DNA from: Candidatus Latescibacterota bacterium
GTDB taxonomy: Bacteria > Latescibacterota > UBA2968 > UBA8231
Assembly (NCBI GenBank): GCA_965248265.1
Contig: CBDFJF010000002.1
Coordinates: 256,001 to 320,000 of the forward strand
Length of the DNA stretch: 64,000 nt
Reading direction: 5' to 3'
The notes under the pieces are model-generated. The model did no database searches, was not told where the DNA came from, and saw only the letters and a program-made list of their open reading frames with translations. Positions within the stretch are counted from its first letter, which is position 1. Each line of letters starts with the position of its first letter. Of this stretch, positions 27,581 to 37,321 are shown in pieces. The position numbers and the translations under genes were made by a program.

Positions 27581-29146
27581 ATGACCACGTCGAAGGAACT
27601 GCCCGTGCTCGAAGGGGCGCCGTATTACCATTTCACCAAGCACAGCATGTCGATTCGGGGGTCGCATTCGATCATTCCGGCACAGGCGATCGTCGTGGGC
27701 GACCAGCGCCAGCTGCTGATGGACAAACAGACCGTCGACACGACATGGAACCTCGTGCGGCGAGTCCACGAGCCGATCAAGCATCCGGCGAACCCGTTGA
27801 TTCCCGGTGGGAAGTACACGCCGGAGGGGTACCTGGCGCCGACCAATTGGGGGACAGTTGCCTACGATGCCGAGTCGGGCCGCTTCAGGCTGTGGACGCT
27901 GTTGTGGGATACGATGGCGAAATCGAAGCAGGAGCGGATCGCCGCCCAGGTCTACTGGGAATCGGAGGATGGTCTCGAGTGGACTGCGCCGCAGCTGGGC
28001 CTGTTCGAGCTGGACGGCTCGACGGCCAACAACGTCATCCAGCTGTCGGCGGAACGGAACTACAGCACGCCGTGTGTGGTGGAGGTGCCCGAGCGACTGC
28101 GTCAACAGGGGCGGTTCGTCATGCTGTACGGGGCGAACCCGGCCGAGCCGGTGCCGGGGACCGGTCACGCTATGTCGGATCGCATCGCCTGGAGCGAGGA
28201 CGGCATCCGCTGGATGGACCAGCCGCAGAACCCGGTCTTCGGCGGCCGCAACGACACCTTCGGGAACATGGTATATGACCCCGAGCGGGACGTGTTCATG
28301 CAATACCGCCGAGCCTCCGTCAACGCCCACGAGTGCCGCCGGTTTGCCTACACGGAGAGCTCTGATCTGGTGTCGTGGACGCAACCAGAGGTCATCCTCG
28401 ACGCCGATGAGCTGGACGCACCCATGCTCTACGACTTCGTCGTCAATCGCTACCATGGTATTTACCTGGGATTCCTGCATCCGCTGTACTCCGCCAATGC
28501 CGGCTACGCCAACGGTTCGCGCCTGTGGAAGGACGGCCACATCCGCAAACAGTCGAAGACGGACGTGGAGCTGTGCTGGAGCCGCGACGGCAAGCGCTGG
28601 GAACGGCACCCGGAGCGCCCCGTGTTCATTCCGAACGGGCCGTGGGCGAAGGAGACGATGTACGACTGGGGGCTCATATACGTCTGTCAGGGCATCGTCG
28701 AAAAGGACGGGCTCCTGCACATCTACTACCGCGGCGACGGCATGCTGCACCAGGACATGCCCGGGACGCTGTGTAACTTCTGCCTCGCAACTCTGCGCAT
28801 CGACGGCTTTGTGTCACTGGGCAACATCGGGTTCTCTCAGCACCCAGGTTACATGCTGACGAGGCCGATCGAATGTTCGGGCGGTGACCTGCGCATCAAC
28901 GCGCGCACTGGGCCGGACGGGTTTGTGCGGGTGGCCGTGCGCAGCGGTAGCGGTGACCAGGACGGTACCTGGCTGGAGGGCTGGAACTTCGAGGACATGG
29001 AAGCGCCCTTCAGCGGAGACAGCACCGAAGCGGCCCTGCGCTGGAAGGGAAAAAGACTGGATCAGCTACAGGGTCAGGCGGTACGGCTGCATTTCTGGTT
29101 GCAGGACGCGGAGCTGTATTCGTGGCGGTTTGGCGGCACAGCCTAG
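27581..29146 (+). CDS. Hypothetical protein, glycosidase-like five-bladed beta-propeller plus C-terminal beta-sandwich
   Basis: Asp-box-like repeats SEDGLEW, SEDGIRW, SSDLVSW, SRDGKRW; LATLRIDGFVSL; C-terminal LRINA…ELYSWRF; AGGAGA RBS. Confidence 0.7.
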   Translation: MTTSKELPVLEGAPYYHFTKHSMSIRGSHSIIPAQAIVVGDQRQLLMDKQTVDTTWNLVRRVHEPIKHPANPLIPGGKYTPEGYLAPTNWGTVAYDAESGRFRLWTLLWDTMAKSKQERIAAQVYWESEDGLEWTAPQLGLFELDGSTANNVIQLSAERNYSTPCVVEVPERLRQQGRFVMLYGANPAEPVPGTGHAMSDRIAWSEDGIRWMDQPQNPVFGGRNDTFGNMVYDPERDVFMQYRRASVNAHECRRFAYTESSDLVSWTQPEVILDADELDAPMLYDFVVNRYHGIYLGFLHPLYSANAGYANGSRLWKDGHIRKQSKTDVELCWSRDGKRWERHPERPVFIPNGPWAKETMYDWGLIYVCQGIVEKDGLLHIYYRGDGMLHQDMPGTLCNFCLATLRIDGFVSLGNIGFSQHPGYMLTRPIECSGGDLRINARTGPDGFVRVAVRSGSGDQDGTWLEGWNFEDMEAPFSGDSTEAALRWKGKRLDQLQGQAVRLHFWLQDAELYSWRFGGTA

Positions 29147-29169
29147 ATCACGTCAGCAAACGATCAATC

Positions 29170-30054
29170 TCAGATATACCCCGGCGAGCTGAGAAAATCC
29201 GCCTGGTCGCTCAGGCGTTCGAGCACATGATCAGGGTATATGGACATGCGCTGGCTGGGCAGGTTGTTGCGGCCGATGGCCGGCATGTAGTTGAAAAACA
29301 CGGAGCGGCGAACCGAGTCGTCCGTCACTGGGAAGGCATTGTGGGTCATGCCCTCGGTGAAGATGATGACGTCGCCGGGGGCAGCGAAGACCGGCACCGC
29401 CATCGGATTCTTGCTGGCATCACTCATGTCGTACGGGCTGGCGAAATTGGCCTTGTGGCTGCCGGGAATCGCCGCGAACGGGCCGCTCTCTATGTAGGTC
29501 ATGTCCGAGAGGATCACCACGCTTTTCGTGCTCTTGCAGGCAAAACGCTGATTGGTGTGGTCGTAGGCGTAGTAGATATCCCGGTCTACTGGATAGCCGC
29601 CGTTGTGGAGGCCGCCGCCGGGGGCGGGTCCGACTTTCTCGATGAAATATGTTGCGGAGATGAAGAAGGGTCCGCCGCCCAATGTCGTGTGGATCGATGT
29701 GAGAATCGGGTCGCGGACGATGCGGTCGAATTTGTCGGTGCCGCACAGGGCCTGATCCACCCGGCCGACGCCCCCGGTCTCGGGGTTGAGCGGCCGGTAC
29801 TCGCTGTGGTCGCCCTGCCATACCGGGTGTTGGGGATCCTCCATGGCACGGGCCAGGAAATAGCTGGCTACCCCCACTTTCTTATAAGTCTCATACTCGA
29901 TCGGGATGGCCTGGAGTTCGTCGATTCCGGCGTGGAATTCCGCGATTGCGTCCTGATGGTAGTGCTGCCTGAGAATGATATACCCCCGCAGATCAAACTC
30001 ATACTTCTGTTCGGGACTCAGCTGGAAAGCAGGGGCGGGCTCTGAGGCTGTCAT
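29170..30054 (-). CDS. PhyH-family Fe(II)/2OG oxygenase with HxG instead of HxD
   Basis: QKYEFDLRGYIIL, LHNGG, GPFAAIPGSHK, PGDVIIFTEGMTH…RRS. Confidence 0.8.
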   Translation of the reverse strand: MTASEPAPAFQLSPEQKYEFDLRGYIILRQHYHQDAIAEFHAGIDELQAIPIEYETYKKVGVASYFLARAMEDPQHPVWQGDHSEYRPLNPETGGVGRVDQALCGTDKFDRIVRDPILTSIHTTLGGGPFFISATYFIEKVGPAPGGGLHNGGYPVDRDIYYAYDHTNQRFACKSTKSVVILSDMTYIESGPFAAIPGSHKANFASPYDMSDASKNPMAVPVFAAPGDVIIFTEGMTHNAFPVTDDSVRRSVFFNYMPAIGRNNLPSQRMSIYPDHVLERLSDQADFLSSPGYI

Positions 30055-30308
30055 CGCAGTACCTATGCTCCTTTCAATGGCAGAATCCAGGTGCACCACC
30101 CGCCGATGTCATATTCCTCGACGGGTTCGAGTGCGCCACGGGCGCCTATTCTGAACATCGGCCATTGCCGTTCGGCTGGCCATTGCGCTGTTGGACCAGG
30201 GTCCCTCATGTGACGGAGCCTTTACACGCCTGAGGGATGCGCTGTACCATTCCTTCTCCCTGGTCGATCTCCGCATCAACCAAAACAGAATGCCAACAGG
30301 ATTGACAA

Positions 30309-31433
30309 ATGACCACGATTACCGGCATGCGCAGGCTGGATGAGACCATCCATCGGATGGGTGGCAGGGGCGATAACTGGCACACGACGTGGGCTGCCAA
30401 TGACAAACTCTACACCGGGATGTGTGACGGAACCGGTTTCGCCGACGTCGAAGGGCACACCGGGATGTTCTACATCAGCCGGGTGTACGCCATCAATGGC
30501 GATCCGCCGCATCATTCGTTCGAGCACCTGCCGGGTTTTCCTGACCTGACCAAGGGGCCGGGACCGGACGACCGCAACACCTACTACGGCTTCGGTCTCA
30601 TCGCCATCGATGAACATCTCTATTACTATCTAAGCACGCCCAACCACCCCTTCACCTACGAGGGAGCCCGCTTCGTCGGTTCCAAGCTGATCTACTCGCC
30701 CGACCTCGGCGAGACCTGGCTGAATCAGGATGGCTCGGCGCTGGTGTGGGAGGGGTGGGCGGAACGCAGCCGCAACAACATGGCCTTCTTCGAAGAGCCG
30801 GACGACGTGTTTTCGCTCATTACCGTGCTGCAGATGGGCAAAAATTACGAGCACAACCGCGACGGCTTCGTCTACATCTATACGCCCAACGGCAGCGTCG
30901 AAGGCAGTATGAACCAACTGGCGATGCTGCGGGTTCCCAAGGGCAGGATTCTCGATCGCTCGTCCTATGAGTACTTTGTTTCACGCAACGACGACGGCTC
31001 TGCCACCTGGAGCAGTGACATCAATGACCGCGGTGTCTCGCACACCTTTCCCTCCGGTCATGTCAACGTCAAGGTCCATCCCTACGCGTGGCAACCGGGT
31101 GTGGTGTATAACGCGCCGCTCGATGTCTACATGATGTCGAACTGGGGGATGGCGGTCAGCGACGACGGGACATGGTTCGACGGGCCGAGTTACCTGGGAT
31201 TCTGGGTGGCCGACCAGCCGTGGGGTCCGTGGCGACAGGTGCATGAAGACACGTCGTGGACGCCGGCCGGAGACGAGCTGGCCACGGCCTACCAGCCGCA
31301 GATTTCGTCGAAGTGGATCGCCGAGGACGGCAAGTCGTTCTGGATGGCCTGGACGGATTTCCAACGCGTCGGCGGTGGCAAACGGCCGTACTATGATTTC
31401 AACATCCAAAAAGTCGAGATACTTACTGAGTAA
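30309..31433 (+). CDS. Hypothetical protein, DUF4185-like beta-propeller
   Basis: GDNWHTTWA…CDG N-terminus, YSPDLGETW Asp-box, DGFVYIY, LAMLRVP…YEYF, PWGPW, YQPQISSKW. Confidence 0.6.
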   Translation: MTTITGMRRLDETIHRMGGRGDNWHTTWAANDKLYTGMCDGTGFADVEGHTGMFYISRVYAINGDPPHHSFEHLPGFPDLTKGPGPDDRNTYYGFGLIAIDEHLYYYLSTPNHPFTYEGARFVGSKLIYSPDLGETWLNQDGSALVWEGWAERSRNNMAFFEEPDDVFSLITVLQMGKNYEHNRDGFVYIYTPNGSVEGSMNQLAMLRVPKGRILDRSSYEYFVSRNDDGSATWSSDINDRGVSHTFPSGHVNVKVHPYAWQPGVVYNAPLDVYMMSNWGMAVSDDGTWFDGPSYLGFWVADQPWGPWRQVHEDTSWTPAGDELATAYQPQISSKWIAEDGKSFWMAWTDFQRVGGGKRPYYDFNIQKVEILTE

Positions 31434-31450
31434 CTGACAGGGGATTTGTA

Positions 31451-32824
31451 ATGCTGGATCTGATGAACATGGCACGAACCGGGCAGGATGGGGGCGACCT
31501 CTTCAGCCTGCTGGAAGCTCTGTACGAGCCGGCGGACATCCGCCCAACCGGTTACCCGGACGCCGTCGTCTGGCAGGGGGGCAACCACGATGGCACGGTC
31601 AACCCGATCGCGCATTCGTTGACCGACGCCTATGCCCTGCTGGGCACGGTCTCCGCGATCGACATTCTGGGCCTGCCGTGCTATTGCGTGCCGATGTGGT
31701 CGCAGTACCGGCATGACCACAACCTCGAGCCCCTGAGCTGGTTCGGCAATATGCCGGTCACTTCGATCAAGTGGTCGACGGCCGGCGACACCTACGTCAA
31801 CGACGGCAAAGGCGGCAAGGTTGTGGTGATGGGAAAGTCCGGCAATGCGCCATTGCGTACACAAGCGGGTGTTTACTGCAATGTCCGCCCGTATGGACCG
31901 ATTACCGTTGTCCGTTGCATGCCCTGCCTGCCCTATTCGCAGGACAAGGCAAAGTTCGACGTCGATGCGGAGTCGGGTTTGATCCACTCGGAGATGAACA
32001 CGCCCGGGGTGCAGATGGCCTACGCCAACCGGCGGTTTCTGCAGATGGTCAACGACACCGGCCGGATCGGCCGCGTCGCCTTCAAGCCGACCCAGGCCAT
32101 GGAAGACGGCATCAACGCCGGCCTGCTGTCATGGCTGTTGCAGGGAACGAAGTTCAAGATCGGCAGAAAGTGGGCTGTTGATGGGTACGTCGAGCACCGT
32201 GAGCGCGTCGACCGCATCATCTCGCTGTTGCCGGCGGACTTCAAGGACGGCATGGAGAACTGGAGCGGTCAGGTCGAGCAGCACATCGCCGATACCAACT
32301 ACGGCGTCATGCTGTGGGACCTGATCGACAAGCAGGACGCGATCATCCTCGCCACCGATCTGGACGGCGATCGCCTGACCGACCTGCTGGCCGATGTTTC
32401 CGACCCGCTGAGGGCCTTCGGCCAGCGCGTGCTGGATCACGTCGGTGCCAGCGGAGACATGGACACGCTGTGGAATGAGATGGGCTATACAACCGGCAAC
32501 GGGCGCGACATGACTTCGGTGATGTACCGCATGGAAGGACCGCCAATCCACGAGCAGACCCTGGGATCCGCCGACGCCATGTTGCTCCGCCTGCTGGATG
32601 GCGATGAATCGATGGGGGGCACCAAGCGACCCTACGATCCGCGCATTCACTTTGTCCTGATCCGCGACGCCTACATCGATGCCAACCCGGGCAACAAGGA
32701 GCTCGAGGATTGGCTGAACAAGGCGGTAGATACCTTCGACGAGGTCTATGCCGGTGAGCGCCCGGGCTTTATCCAGGGCTACGAAAAGCTGAAGGCGGCG
32801 ATCGTGCCATGGGGTAGTGCGTAA
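31451..32824 (+). CDS. Highly divergent isocitrate/isopropylmalate dehydrogenase-family (beta-decarboxylating dehydrogenase) protein
   Basis: Motifs in the correct order matching E. coli Icd: KSGNAPLR, NVRP, VVRCMPCLPY, AFKP, HIAD, DLDGDRLTD, HEQTLGSA. Confidence 0.62.
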   Translation: MLDLMNMARTGQDGGDLFSLLEALYEPADIRPTGYPDAVVWQGGNHDGTVNPIAHSLTDAYALLGTVSAIDILGLPCYCVPMWSQYRHDHNLEPLSWFGNMPVTSIKWSTAGDTYVNDGKGGKVVVMGKSGNAPLRTQAGVYCNVRPYGPITVVRCMPCLPYSQDKAKFDVDAESGLIHSEMNTPGVQMAYANRRFLQMVNDTGRIGRVAFKPTQAMEDGINAGLLSWLLQGTKFKIGRKWAVDGYVEHRERVDRIISLLPADFKDGMENWSGQVEQHIADTNYGVMLWDLIDKQDAIILATDLDGDRLTDLLADVSDPLRAFGQRVLDHVGASGDMDTLWNEMGYTTGNGRDMTSVMYRMEGPPIHEQTLGSADAMLLRLLDGDESMGGTKRPYDPRIHFVLIRDAYIDANPGNKELEDWLNKAVDTFDEVYAGERPGFIQGYEKLKAAIVPWGSA

Positions 32825-32835
32825 CGGGCGATACC

Positions 32836-33738
32836 ATGGCCTTTCAGGTGTACAACGTCGGCGGCGCCAGTGAAGTTTTACTGCAAGATCCGCGTGTCGA
32901 AGACGACATCAGCATTGCCTATCTGACCGATCTTCATCTATCCCCTGGCGCTGCCGCCGCTGGCCCCCGCTACAGCGATGCGGTGGACTGGTGGGACCAG
33001 GCCTTTGGCCGTCCCGTCGGCATGCTGCAGCGGCTGCTGGACGAAATCGCCGATACCGGTGTTGACCTGGTCGTCTTCGGGGGAGACAACCTCGATTTCT
33101 TCGATCCGGATGTCGCGGCCGAAGTGCGGCAGATGTGCACGCAGAGGCAACTGCGCCCGTGCTTCGTGTTCGGCAACCACGACTTCGAGGCAACGGAAAC
33201 CCGTTTCGTAACCCACGACGTTGATGCTCCTGAGCGTGACGAGAACATGGCCGCGCTGGCTCACATCTGGCGGATGGAGCCCCCTGTAGAGGCCATCGAT
33301 CTGGGTGGCATCCAGGTCCTGTTGTTGAACATGCGGTATCGCCATGATACCGAGCTTGGCGCCGTCGTCGAAGCAGATGCGGTCGCACGGCTTCGCGAAC
33401 TGTTGGCCTTGTCCCGGCCGACGATCATCTTCCATCACTATCCGTTCGTGCTGCCGACGCTGAGGCATCGCCTGAGCGCCGTGTGGCGCGGCGTTCTGGC
33501 CGGCGCCAGGATCGAGGACAACGAAACGGCGTTCGAGCTGATTGGCAACAGCTCGGACGTGCTGGCCACGTTCTCCGGGCATGCTCATATCAACAGCGAA
33601 GATCCATTTTCAACCGAGGATGGTCCGTGGCAGTTCGCCACCGGGGCCGGACTGGACGGCATCTGGCGCTACATCCGGGTCAGCGGGGGTCAAGCGCCCA
33701 AGTCGCTGCGGGTGGCGGGTACTCCAAGCGTGGCGTAA
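32836..33738 (+). CDS. Calcineurin-like metallophosphoesterase
   Basis: TDLH, GGDNLD, GNHD, FHHYP, FSGHAH motifs. Confidence 0.87.
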   Translation: MAFQVYNVGGASEVLLQDPRVEDDISIAYLTDLHLSPGAAAAGPRYSDAVDWWDQAFGRPVGMLQRLLDEIADTGVDLVVFGGDNLDFFDPDVAAEVRQMCTQRQLRPCFVFGNHDFEATETRFVTHDVDAPERDENMAALAHIWRMEPPVEAIDLGGIQVLLLNMRYRHDTELGAVVEADAVARLRELLALSRPTIIFHHYPFVLPTLRHRLSAVWRGVLAGARIEDNETAFELIGNSSDVLATFSGHAHINSEDPFSTEDGPWQFATGAGLDGIWRYIRVSGGQAPKSLRVAGTPSVA

Positions 33739-33809
33739 GATCGACCGCCCCACTCAAATCAGGATTTGAATCGCGAGCTGAGAGGCCAGATCCGAGCGAT
33801 CACGATACC

Positions 33810-35819
33810 ATGACCAACGCCAGGTCCAACAGCGAGCTCCTGGAAGAGCTCGAAGTCGCGCGCGCCGAGTTGGCCATTCAGAGCGCGCTCGAGCGCGTGC
33901 GTTCACGGGCCCAGGGCATGCGCCACAGCGATGAGCTGGCGGAGGTCGCCTCCCTCGTGTTCCGCGAATTCAAGGGACTCGGCATCGAGCTGTGGCGGTC
34001 GGGGTTCTGGATCCTCGACACCGGGACCGACAGCGGTGAAGTGTGGCTCACCAGCACTTCCGGTGAGATGCAGGCGGGCGACCGGTTCCGCCTGACGGAG
34101 ATGGACGAGCACCCGGCGGTCCACGAGGTCGCCGAGGCCTTTCGACGGGGCGATCCCTTCTATCACGTGCATTTTCACGGCGACGCCATGTGGAGCTTCC
34201 TGCGCTTCGCCATCGACCGCATGAACCTGCGCATGCCCGACTGGGACCTGCTACCAAAGGAAGAACTCCCCAGCAACTTTTACTTCCACACGGCCTTCTT
34301 CGAGCACGGACTCATGCACCTGCCCGCGATCAAAGAGATGACGCCACCGCAGCAACGCACGGCGTGTCGCTTTGCCGATGTCTTCGGCTTCGCCTACGAG
34401 CGCTTCCGTGAGCTCAGCGCTGCCGAGACCCAGACCCGCGAGGCGGAACGCCGTTCGGCCGTCGACAACATCCGCGCCGAGATCGCCGCCATGCACACCA
34501 GCGACGACCTTTCCCGCGTCACGCCGCTGCTGTGGCGGACGCTGGATCGCCTCGGGGTACCCTTCTACCGCTGCGGCGTGTTCGTCGTTGACGACGAGGT
34601 GAAGCGATTGGCCATGTACATGAGCGATGCCCAGGGTGAGCCGATAGCCTCGGTGGATGTGCCCTGTGACGTGCACCCCGTGATCGCTGCTACCGTCGAC
34701 CACTGGCGGCGGGGTGAAGCCTACGTCGAGACCCTGAGCCGTGAGAATTATATCGGACTGGTTGAGGCGGCACAGTCTGGCATCCAGGATCTGCAGGGTG
34801 AGCGCTACATCGATCCGGGCACGATTCCCGAGCAGGTAGTCGTTCACAGCCTGCCCTTCACCCAGGGCACGCTGTACGTAGGAAACGCCGACCGCCTGTC
34901 CGCCGAAGATCTCGCTTTCGTCAGCGATCTGGCCTCCGCTTTTTCAGTGGCCTACGCACGCTACCTCGATTTCCAGGCCCTGGAAGCGCAGAACCGCCAA
35001 CTGGAGGAAGCGCTGGCGCAGCTGGGGGCAGCGCAGCAGCAGCTGGTTCTGCAGGAGAAAATGGCCTCTCTCGGCAATCTGGTGGCCGGCGTTGCCCACG
35101 AGATCAACACTCCTCTGGGCACGATCCACAGCGGCCAGGACACCCTGCTGCGCGCCGTCGAGCGGTTGCAGGAGCGCCTCGACGCGGCCGCCCCGGGAGC
35201 AACTGCCGACGACAGAGTAGCGGCAGTGTTACGCGTGCTCGGTGACGCCAACAGCGCAATGGCCTCGGGCGTCGAGCGGGTCTCGGAGATCGTGAATGGC
35301 CTGCGCAAGTTCGTTCGGCTGGACGAGGCCGAGCAGCAGATGGCCGATCTGCGGGAGGGAATGGATAGCTGCTTGTCGTTGCTGCAGGGGCAAATGCAGG
35401 ATGGCATCACCGTAGTGCGTGACTACGCTGAGATGGAGCCACTCTACTGTGCCCCGGGGCGACTCAACCAGGCCTTTACCGTGTTGCTGACCAACGCCAT
35501 CCAGATTCTGCCGGAGGGGGGTGACATCGCCGTCCGGCTGTTCGACGAGGGCCACGAGATCTGTGTGCAGGTGACCGACAACGGACCGGGGATTCCCCCA
35601 GGGCAACTCGAGCACATCTTCGACGTCGGCTTCCGCGCTGACGACGACCGGGTAAAGATGAGCTATGGTCTGCCCACGGCCTACGCCATCGTCCACGAGC
35701 ACGATGGCCACATCGACATCGACAGCACGGTCGGACAGGGAACCACCGTCACTATTCGCTTACCGCGAAGGTCCGAAGCACCGGACTCCGGGGTGGCCGG
35801 GTCTTCTCTCAATGCGTGA
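33810..35819 (+). CDS. Cytoplasmic sensor histidine kinase (NtrB-like core) with two tandem GAF-like input domains
   Basis: QEKMASLGNLVAGVAHEINTPLG H-box, LNQAFTVLLTNA N-box, DNGPGIP G1, SYGL G2, GQGTTV; no TM segments; repeated N-terminal units (ALERVRSRAQGMRHSDEL / AVDNIRAEIAAMHTSDDL). Confidence 0.88.
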   Translation: MTNARSNSELLEELEVARAELAIQSALERVRSRAQGMRHSDELAEVASLVFREFKGLGIELWRSGFWILDTGTDSGEVWLTSTSGEMQAGDRFRLTEMDEHPAVHEVAEAFRRGDPFYHVHFHGDAMWSFLRFAIDRMNLRMPDWDLLPKEELPSNFYFHTAFFEHGLMHLPAIKEMTPPQQRTACRFADVFGFAYERFRELSAAETQTREAERRSAVDNIRAEIAAMHTSDDLSRVTPLLWRTLDRLGVPFYRCGVFVVDDEVKRLAMYMSDAQGEPIASVDVPCDVHPVIAATVDHWRRGEAYVETLSRENYIGLVEAAQSGIQDLQGERYIDPGTIPEQVVVHSLPFTQGTLYVGNADRLSAEDLAFVSDLASAFSVAYARYLDFQALEAQNRQLEEALAQLGAAQQQLVLQEKMASLGNLVAGVAHEINTPLGTIHSGQDTLLRAVERLQERLDAAAPGATADDRVAAVLRVLGDANSAMASGVERVSEIVNGLRKFVRLDEAEQQMADLREGMDSCLSLLQGQMQDGITVVRDYAEMEPLYCAPGRLNQAFTVLLTNAIQILPEGGDIAVRLFDEGHEICVQVTDNGPGIPPGQLEHIFDVGFRADDDRVKMSYGLPTAYAIVHEHDGHIDIDSTVGQGTTVTIRLPRRSEAPDSGVAGSSLNA

Positions 35820-35869
35820 GGGCCTACTGGTCAGGCGGGCAGCGGCGCAAGCAGGCATCACGAATTTCC

Positions 35870-36254
35870 CTACTCGAACCAGAAGCTGAACAGCTCCGCG
35901 TTCTCCAACCAGAACTGGAGGCGCATGGCGTTGGCGGGGAAGGAGGCCAGCGTCTCATGTCCCTCCCAGGTGACAACGGCGGCGAGGCTGTCGCCGGAGA
36001 ATGGTCGGTTGTCATCGAAGCGGAAGCCCTCGGGCCATTCGCCGTCGCGCACCCCAAGGGCCTCGCGGGCGGCTACGCGAATGAAACCGTCAGCCCCGGT
36101 CCGGGCGTTCACCGGCCGAGGCCCATCCGGGAGGCCAGATTTCGAGGTGCGCATCCAGGACGCGATCGGGAACGAACGAGGAGAGCTCGCGATCGAAGAA
36201 CTCGAGCGCCTGCTGGTGCCGCAGGCGACTGTCGCTGTCGTGCTCATGTGTCAT
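35870..36254 (-). pseudogene. Chimeric remnant: amidohydrolase-like N-terminus joined out of frame to the C-terminus of a paralog of 27581-29146
   Basis: ATG at 36254 gives MTHEHDSDSRLRHQQALEFFDRELSSFVPDRVLDAHLEIW…*. Another frame gives NARTGADGFIRVA…PFSGDS…RLQFWLENAELFSFWFE*, which aligns to NARTGPDGFVRVA…PFSGDS…RLHFWLQDAELYSWRF. Confidence 0.7.
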
Positions 36255-36447
36255 CGGCGGCAGCCACAGGATTATGAGTGCGTTGCGAGGTAATGGGCAG
36301 GGGCCAAGCGCCTATTGTCGCAAACTCCGGGAGCCCCGGCCAATCAAGCTCGGTCTCGTATGTTGATGGGACGCCCTGTTTCCGTTATACAGATGGTCAT
36401 CGATTGAAGCGGCAGACCGGATTCGGAGAGCGGGGGATGACAACGCC

Positions 36448-37266
36448 ATGCAGCTGAAGTCCGTGTACATGATCACCGACATGGAAGGGGTGGCCGGCGT
36501 GGATGACTGGGACCCCCGCCACCGCGAGGACGCGGCACAAGCTCGGGGGGCCTACGACCGCGCCGAGATCCAACGACTGCTCACCGGCGAGGTGAACGCG
36601 GCTGCCGAGGGGTTATTTGCCGCCGGTGTCGAAGAGATCACGATTAACGACGGTCATGGCGCCGGTCGCACCATCCTGGTGGAAGAGCTGGTATCGGGCG
36701 TCCAGATCGCCCGCGGCACGATGCGGCCTGAGGTGCTGATCGGTTTCCACGACAACCACCAGGCGCTGGTGCAGGTGGGCATGCATGCAATGGCAGGAAC
36801 TGAAGGCGCATGCTTGGCGCACACGATGTCGAAAGACGGCACCATCCATCGGCTCAACGGCCGAGAGATCGGCGAGATGCAGTATGCCGCTTTTCTCTGC
36901 GGACAGGTCGGGGTGCCCTGGATCTACACCTGCGGTGATGGGTACGCCGGTCGCGAATCCGAGGCCTGGGTGCCCGGCATCGTGACCGCGGCGGTCAAGG
37001 AGGGTCTGTCAGAGCAGAGCGCCGTGCACATGGCCCCGGTCGATGCGCGCGCGCTGATCCGGGAGAGCATTCAGGAGGCGGTGGCCAAATTCGGCGACAT
37101 CGCCCCGCTGGTGGCGGAGTCGCCGGTCGTCCTCGAAATCCAGCGTCCCACGCCACAGCCGGAAACCCAGCCCGGTGCCGAGCGGGTGGACGATTTTACT
37201 ATGAGATGGACAGGGTCTGACTTCAGGCAAGTGGTGATGCAGATATACGGCCCCGGGAGGGGATAG
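36448..37266 (+). CDS. M55-family zinc D-aminopeptidase (Bacillus DppA-like)
   Basis: YMITDMEGVAG, EVNAAAEG, NDGHG, VGMHAMAG…LAHT, GEMQ, GD, VKEGLS. Confidence 0.88.
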   Translation: MQLKSVYMITDMEGVAGVDDWDPRHREDAAQARGAYDRAEIQRLLTGEVNAAAEGLFAAGVEEITINDGHGAGRTILVEELVSGVQIARGTMRPEVLIGFHDNHQALVQVGMHAMAGTEGACLAHTMSKDGTIHRLNGREIGEMQYAAFLCGQVGVPWIYTCGDGYAGRESEAWVPGIVTAAVKEGLSEQSAVHMAPVDARALIRESIQEAVAKFGDIAPLVAESPVVLEIQRPTPQPETQPGAERVDDFTMRWTGSDFRQVVMQIYGPGRG

Positions 37267-37321
37267 ACACAGAGCCACGCGTGACCTGACAGGCAACTCA
37301 CACAGGGAGCAGGGTAGATAG

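Noticed and set aside
27551-28859. 399-aa (-) and 350-aa (+) overlapping ORFs
   Set aside because: Alternative-frame shadows of the 27581-29146 gene, which has the RBS and the repeated Asp-box motifs.
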